From Nitrospirota bacterium (lineage in GTDB: Bacteria > Nitrospirota > Nitrospiria > Nitrospirales > NS-4): a DNA stretch of 64,000 nt. Shown in pieces: positions 58,717 to 64,000 of the stretch (position 1 is the stretch's first letter; each line of letters starts with the position of its first letter). Location: NCBI GenBank assembly GCA_963788195.1, contig CAWBGA010000002.1, positions 170,543-234,542 of the forward strand, read 5' to 3'. Position numbers and translations under genes: made by a program. The notes below the pieces were generated by a model. That model made no database searches. It was not told the DNA's origin and was given only the letters and a program-made list of their open reading frames with translations.

Positions 58717-60754
58717 CTAGCCAATCAGCGATGTGGGATCGACATCCACATCGTACCGTAGCTTGCCCGCACGGCCTTCGGCTTCCACCGTGACCAGTGA
58801 TTTTCGAACCGCTTCCCTCATGCGCGGGCCATCTTCGCCTTTGACGATAAGTTGACGTCGAAACCGGCCACGAAGTCGGGGAGGCAACGCCGGGATGGGG
58901 CCGAGTAGTTGTATTGAAGAAGGTGCGCTTTTCACCTACGAGCTTCTTGATTTCCAGCCGTAGCGCCGTTGCCCAACGCTCGGCAGCTGTGGCAACGGCC
59001 TCATCCCGTATCCCTGTCACACGTAGGCCTATGAGCCGGCCAAAGGGAGGATAGCCCAGTGCTGCGCGCGCAGCGAGTTCGCTGTCATAGAACACCGAAG
59101 GATCGTGGGCGGCGAGCGCGCGGATGACGTGATGATCCGGCATATACGTTTGAATTATGACCTCGGCGGTCAAAGTATCTTCGGGCGCGAGGGTCATCAC
59201 CTCTCGCAAAGTATGATATGCACGCTCTGCAGCCAGAAAATCCGGCTGGTGCAGAGCTGTATCCGGCGCCAAGATGCCGATGAATGAGAACACGGGACGG
59301 GGGACGACGGTCAAAACCAGTTGCGTAGCGATAAGAATATCGTAGTCGTTGGCCTGAAAATGAGCCGACAGCCCGGCGTCCTTCGTTTTTCCGCGAGCGC
59401 CGGCACGCTCTACGCGTAGAAGCCGGGCCTGTGGGAACCGACGCTGTAATGCCTCTTCAGCCGCTTCCGTTCCCAGGCCGGAGGGATGGAGACGAGGTCC
59501 TCCGCAGGCCGGACAAACCGACGGCGCTATCTCCTGCTGCCCACAGTGACTGCAGCGCAACATGGCCTCTTTTTTGTGAAAGGTCCAACCCAATCCGCAC
59601 GCCGTACAACGCAGGGCTTCTCCGCAATCGCGGCAAAACAGAACCGACGCGTAGCCCTTCCGATTCAGAAATAGCAAGACTCTCTGGCGAGCCGCGAGGC
59701 GTTGCGCAATGGCCTCCACCATCGGGGCAGACAAGATCTCGCCGGATGTACCGCGCAAGTTTATGGTGCGGACTGGCGGGAGGCTCCTCCCCGTACCGGG
59801 ACCCAGCCAGGCCGTCCCGGGATTGTGGGTGGCGTGCACGGATTCCAAAGAAGGATGAGCGGACCCCAACAAGAGCACCGCTTGGAGTTCGCGCGCGCGC
59901 TGCGTTGCGACCACACGGGCATCGTATCTGGGAACATTTTCAGCTTTGTAGGCCCCATGATCTTCCTGGTCAATGAGCAGCAACCCCAGATCCACCACCG
60001 GCGCAAACACAGCCGAGCGGGTACCGATCACAAGCCGCGCCTCACCTCGCTGGATTCTTGCCCAAGAATTTCTTCGTTCGGACATCGAAAGCTGGCCGTG
60101 GTACGTTTCGCTTGGCACTTTACCGCCGTCGGAAAGTACTCGCCGAAGTGGCTCCACCTGATGGATCTCCGGCACTAAAACCAACGCGCTTCGCTGCGTT
60201 TGCAACGTGGTACGTACCGCCTCCATATACAATTCGATGAGATCCCGGGTGGAACCAGGCAGCAAAACAGTATGGTGTCGACGGTCCCCAATGGCCGTCA
60301 GGACTTCGTCGCGAAGAGGCGCGAGGACCGGCGAAATTACATGCCCGTCGGTAAGAACGGGTACGGGCGCCGGCGGGGAAGACTCCATCTGTGGAGTGGC
60401 CGCCCGGGTCTGTTTTTCGACCTGGCTGGGGAACACCAGGCGCAGGCACTGTCCTAGAGGCGCCAGATAGCGGTCGGCGACCCACCTGGCCAGGGCCAGG
60501 AGTTGCGCGCTGACGACGGGCGTGTCATCGAGGCGGGCAAGGATAGGCTTGAGATGCTTGCCGGCACTGTCACTATCCGGCTCTGACGTGACGCCGAGTA
60601 TATAGCCTACGAGAATTTCGGAGCCGAAAGGAATGCGAACGCGCATGCCCGGTGCCCATGGCCCGGGAAGGCCTTCAGGTATCGAATACGTAAACACCCG
60701 GAAAAGACGACGCGGGACAGCCACCTCGAGGTACTGGCGCTGGAGCGTGGGCAA
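58717..60754 (-). CDS. priA: Primosomal protein N' (frameshift ~58930; degenerate Walker A)
   Basis: GMRVRIPFG, IGTRSAVF, YDAR, LNRKGY, four CxxC pairs, YPPF, DVDP. Confidence 0.88.
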
Positions 60755-60767
60755 GTGCGAAAAGGAG

Positions 60768-61079
60768 CTACGGGGTTACTATTTTAAGCGCTTGATATTT
60801 GCCTGCCGCGACCTGAAATTCAACTGTCACCTTGTCGCCTTGCGTGAGATCTTGAAGGGATCGACGACTTCCGCTGAAGGCGGTGGCGCTGTCAACCACG
60901 AAGGTGAAACGATTGCCGTCGGGTTTCTTCACCGTCAGTTTTTTTGCCGCCACGTCGACCTTCAGTACTTCACCGGCGAACTGTTCTGCCGCGGACACGA
61001 CTGAAGACATGGCCAGCCACAGGAACACGCTGAGCACAATTGCGAAGCGGTTGCGTTGGGAACAAGCCGGTTGCTGCAT
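60768..61079 (-). CDS. Exported small OB-fold-like protein
   Basis: Signal peptide, G.VLKVD, LTQGDKVTV. Confidence 0.6.
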   Translation of the reverse strand: MQQPACSQRNRFAIVLSVFLWLAMSSVVSAAEQFAGEVLKVDVAAKKLTVKKPDGNRFTFVVDSATAFSGSRRSLQDLTQGDKVTVEFQVAAGKYQALKIVTP

Positions 61080-61087
61080 AACGCAGG

Positions 61088-61951
61088 CTATCGGACCTCC
61101 TCCGGCGGACGGATCTCAGTGTTAGGGTCAGTATTAGGGTCCTGCACGGGCGGGCTGGGCCTACGAAGCAATCGGGTGACCAGGTCACCACGGTGAACTG
61201 CATCGATGCTCTTCACAATCATGGTAGTGGCACTTCGTTGCTGCACAGAAAGGACTCTGAGCTCGGCCAATGCGTAATCAGGCAAGAAGGTTTTCCTCGA
61301 TTCGCGGGAGCCTTTACGAATCACTTTCAATCGATCCCCGACCTCAAGGCCGTCATGGGCACCCAGATCGATATAGACGATTTCGCCTTGCGCCGTCAAC
61401 TCTCCGCCTTCCTCAGATTGAACGACGGCTCCCGTAATAGGTTCGTCGGACTTGCCTGCTTCCGGCACCTCGGACGGGAGCTCATAGAGCATAACGGTAT
61501 CTCCCGGCTTCAGGGCGTCGAGAGGCTGGATCACACGGGCCTCGGCCACCCGGTCCTTCGGTTCCGAGGTGACCTCCAGGATTCCGAGAATCTTGACGAC
61601 CCGGCCCATATAGGCGTTGGTGAGGGGGTGAAAGACCACCTTAGTCATGCTGTACGCAGTCAGCCAGTCTCCCGGGCGAACATCGAGGTTTCGTATAAAA
61701 CGAATGTAGAGGGTGTCGCCCGCGCCAAAGTAAGTCTTTGCTTCGCGCGCTCCGATGACGGAGCCGACGACCTTTTCTACCGGGATGATATAACCCCCCT
61801 GAAAAGCCAAGGCTTGATCGCTGGTGGGCCGCGTACGGTGGAAACTAGTGCCCTCAGCGGCCATGACGGAGGACGATAACAGGACGCTTGCGAGGAGAAA
61901 CAGTGTTGCCTTCAGGTAACCAGGTGACATTTCAAGGCGGATCGTGCTCAT
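61088..61951 (-). CDS. Exported protein resembling the C-terminal part of LysM/FlgT-C proteins
   Basis: GAGDTLYI, HPLT..YMG, VYIDLGAHDGLEVGD. Confidence 0.6.
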   Translation of the reverse strand: MSTIRLEMSPGYLKATLFLLASVLLSSSVMAAEGTSFHRTRPTSDQALAFQGGYIIPVEKVVGSVIGAREAKTYFGAGDTLYIRFIRNLDVRPGDWLTAYSMTKVVFHPLTNAYMGRVVKILGILEVTSEPKDRVAEARVIQPLDALKPGDTVMLYELPSEVPEAGKSDEPITGAVVQSEEGGELTAQGEIVYIDLGAHDGLEVGDRLKVIRKGSRESRKTFLPDYALAELRVLSVQQRSATTMIVKSIDAVHRGDLVTRLLRRPSPPVQDPNTDPNTEIRPPEEVR

Positions 61952-62038
61952 GAGAGACCTCCATTTACAGATGTACGGAGCATAACAGATCCGGTAATCA
62001 TGTCAATGTTTTTACTTAATTGACGAGGGGTTAGCAAG

Positions 62039-62554
62039 GTGTTACGGTGCGGCATGCGATGGCTTCAAAGCACAGCACTGGCCTTGTTCCCGTGGGCGTT
62101 GGTCATGGCCTCTGATGAGGCGTCCAGAGGATCGACGGGCGATTTAGTGGTAGGAGCTCCGGTGTTCAGCCTTCCTCAGGAGCCGGAGGAATTCGATCGG
62201 CGAGAAGTGGAGGCATATTACGACTGGCGGAACAACTTATTTTTTCGACGCTTCAGCATGTCCGGCAGCGAAGACCAAACGACTTTTATGACGGCCCGCC
62301 GCACGTATAAGGTCTCGGTCAACCGATATGGCTATGAAGTCGCGGTGACGTTTGCCAATCCACTATTCTACTGGTTGGATCTGAATGGAAACGGAGAGTT
62401 TGAGACAGGGCAAGGAGAGATGTGGATCGATATCGAAGAGGATGGTGTTAACGGCAATGAGAAACTGTATGATCCAATAGTCAAGGAAGACACTCCTCGC
62501 GGCCCCATCCCGACTCCTCCTATGCCTTTGCCGGGGCCACAACAGAGGCTGTGA
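62039..62554 (+). CDS. Exported hypothetical protein
   Basis: Signal-like N-terminus, PLFYWLDLNGNGEF, EDGVNGNE. Confidence 0.6.
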   Translation: MLRCGMRWLQSTALALFPWALVMASDEASRGSTGDLVVGAPVFSLPQEPEEFDRREVEAYYDWRNNLFFRRFSMSGSEDQTTFMTARRTYKVSVNRYGYEVAVTFANPLFYWLDLNGNGEFETGQGEMWIDIEEDGVNGNEKLYDPIVKEDTPRGPIPTPPMPLPGPQQRL

Positions 62555-63049
62555 ACGATGGCCAAAGATGACCACAGAACCCTGACCAATCAACCGGACC
62601 CCCCGGACTTCAGTGCATCTAAGCCGAAGCGTATTAGAACGCAAATTCATCGTCGGACCAAGTCCTCGGGACCGCTCCGGGATCAATGGAGTCCTGCATC
62701 CGAAAATCCCTCCGAGGGGACTCTTAGGACCCCTTCCGATAGACGCGATAAGATGATGCGCCGGCGCCCGCGGGACCCTCTTTAGGGAACCCGCTTATCC
62801 GTCCTCCGATCTTGGGGCTTTTTGTAATTATCAGCGGGTTTTATGGGCGCTTGCAGGGGAAACGCATGCCGTGAGAGTCTAAGCACAGAAAAGTATCCCC
62901 CGGCGGCCTTAAATAATCATCAGGCCCGGGTCGAGCAAGCTCTGTTTCTAGGTCTTTTGCCCGCTTGCTTTGCATAAAATCGCGATGTTAGACTGCTTTT
63001 CGCTCGTAACAGGACAGTCACTAAGTAGCGAGAATAACTGAGAGAGCTC

Positions 63050-63433
63050 ATGCGGAACGCTGACCAGCTTCTGCCGTATCTGTCTAATTATTTTCCGATT
63101 TTGGCGTTTATCGTGGTGGCGTTTCTGTTCGGCGTTGGCACCTTGGTGCTCAGCTACTTTGTGCATCCCAAACTGCCCGATGCAGAGAAATTGAGTGTGT
63201 ACGAGTGCGGAAGTGAGCCATTTTCGGACGCGCGTATGCCGTTTCCGGTCCGGTACTACATTATTGCCATGTTATTCGTTATCTTCGACATTGAAATCAT
63301 TTTTCTTTATCCATGGGCGGTTGCGTTTGACAAGGTCGGCATCATCGGCATGATTGAGATGACTATCTTTATCGTGCTGTTCGTGGTGGGTTATGTGTAT
63401 GCCTGGAAGAAAGGCGCCTTAGAATGGGATTAA
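63050..63433 (+). CDS. nuoA: NADH-quinone oxidoreductase subunit A
   Basis: YECG, FVIFDIE, KKGALEW. Confidence 0.96.
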   Translation: MRNADQLLPYLSNYFPILAFIVVAFLFGVGTLVLSYFVHPKLPDAEKLSVYECGSEPFSDARMPFPVRYYIIAMLFVIFDIEIIFLYPWAVAFDKVGIIGMIEMTIFIVLFVVGYVYAWKKGALEWD

Positions 63434-63954
63434 CTCCCCTTATCCAAGTCGGCCGTGGCCATGAGAAAGATAGCGGCCTGGGCATCCACCTGTTGACCCT
63501 CGAAAAGGCGGTCAATTGGGCCCGTAAAGGGTCGCTCTGGCCGATGACTTTCGGCCTTGCGTGCTGCGCGATTGAGATGATTGCGGCTGTATCCGCCCGG
63601 TACGATATCGATCGCTACGGCGCGGGGGTTTTTCGTGCGTCGCCCCGCCAGTCCGACCTCATGATTGTCGCCGGGACCGTATGCGTCCGCATGGCTCCCG
63701 TCATTAGAAAAATCTATGATCAAATGCCGGAACCCCGCTACGTCATCGCCATGGGGTCATGCGCCACATCCGGGAACATCTATGACAGCTACAGTGTGGT
63801 CCAGGGCGTGGACCGCTTTGTTCCCGTGGACATGTACGTGCCGGGCTGCCCGCCGACGCCCGAAGCCCTGTTCGATGGCATACTGAAATTGCAGGAGGAG
63901 ATCATGAAGCGGCGGGTCTTCTACAAAAAGCCTCCGGAATCGGTTCAGGTATAA
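63424..63954 (+). CDS. nuoB: NADH-quinone oxidoreductase subunit B
   Basis: [27 protein letters not shown]. Confidence 0.97.
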   Translation: MGLTPLIQVGRGHEKDSGLGIHLLTLEKAVNWARKGSLWPMTFGLACCAIEMIAAVSARYDIDRYGAGVFRASPRQSDLMIVAGTVCVRMAPVIRKIYDQMPEPRYVIAMGSCATSGNIYDSYSVVQGVDRFVPVDMYVPGCPPTPEALFDGILKLQEEIMKRRVFYKKPPESVQV

Positions 63955-64000
63955 CGATAGTGCATCACGATCGCGGCGCAGATCCAGGAAGCCTTCCCCG

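Noticed and set aside
62555-63049. Long intergenic region before nuoA (also 11136-11374 and 36600-36990) as riboswitch or sRNA
   Set aside because: I could not recognise any conserved aptamer or convincing structure by eye; an Rfam scan would be needed.

Overview
Bacterial chromosomal segment, moderately GC-rich. Gene order (rho-rpmE-prfA-prmC-murA-his; dnaG-rpoD-tRNA; ilvB-ilvN-ilvC-psd-pssA-leuA; nuoAB) suggests a Nitrospirota-like organism (inference). Many essential genes (prmC, hisA/F/I, dnaG, rpoD, ilvD, psd, priA) carry single frameshifts, most likely uncorrected long-read indels, so split ORFs are merged below. Housekeeping blocks are interleaved with accessory DNA: a broken SF1 helicase-nuclease gene at the left edge, a mosaic after rnpB (29.2-43.9 kb), and a stand-alone TIR-NB-ARC-WD40 NLR-like gene. 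The best lead is a truncated IS110 (IS621-type) element. Its upstream non-coding end folds like a bridge RNA whose target guides spell TCATCCT/CTGAGCG, the terminus of this genome's own TGTCAT(C/T)CTGAGCG REP-like palindrome family, and the element is inserted at the CT core of such a repeat end. A second dispersed repeat family combines a covarying hairpin (TCTTGG loop) with a G-quadruplex-like G-tract.
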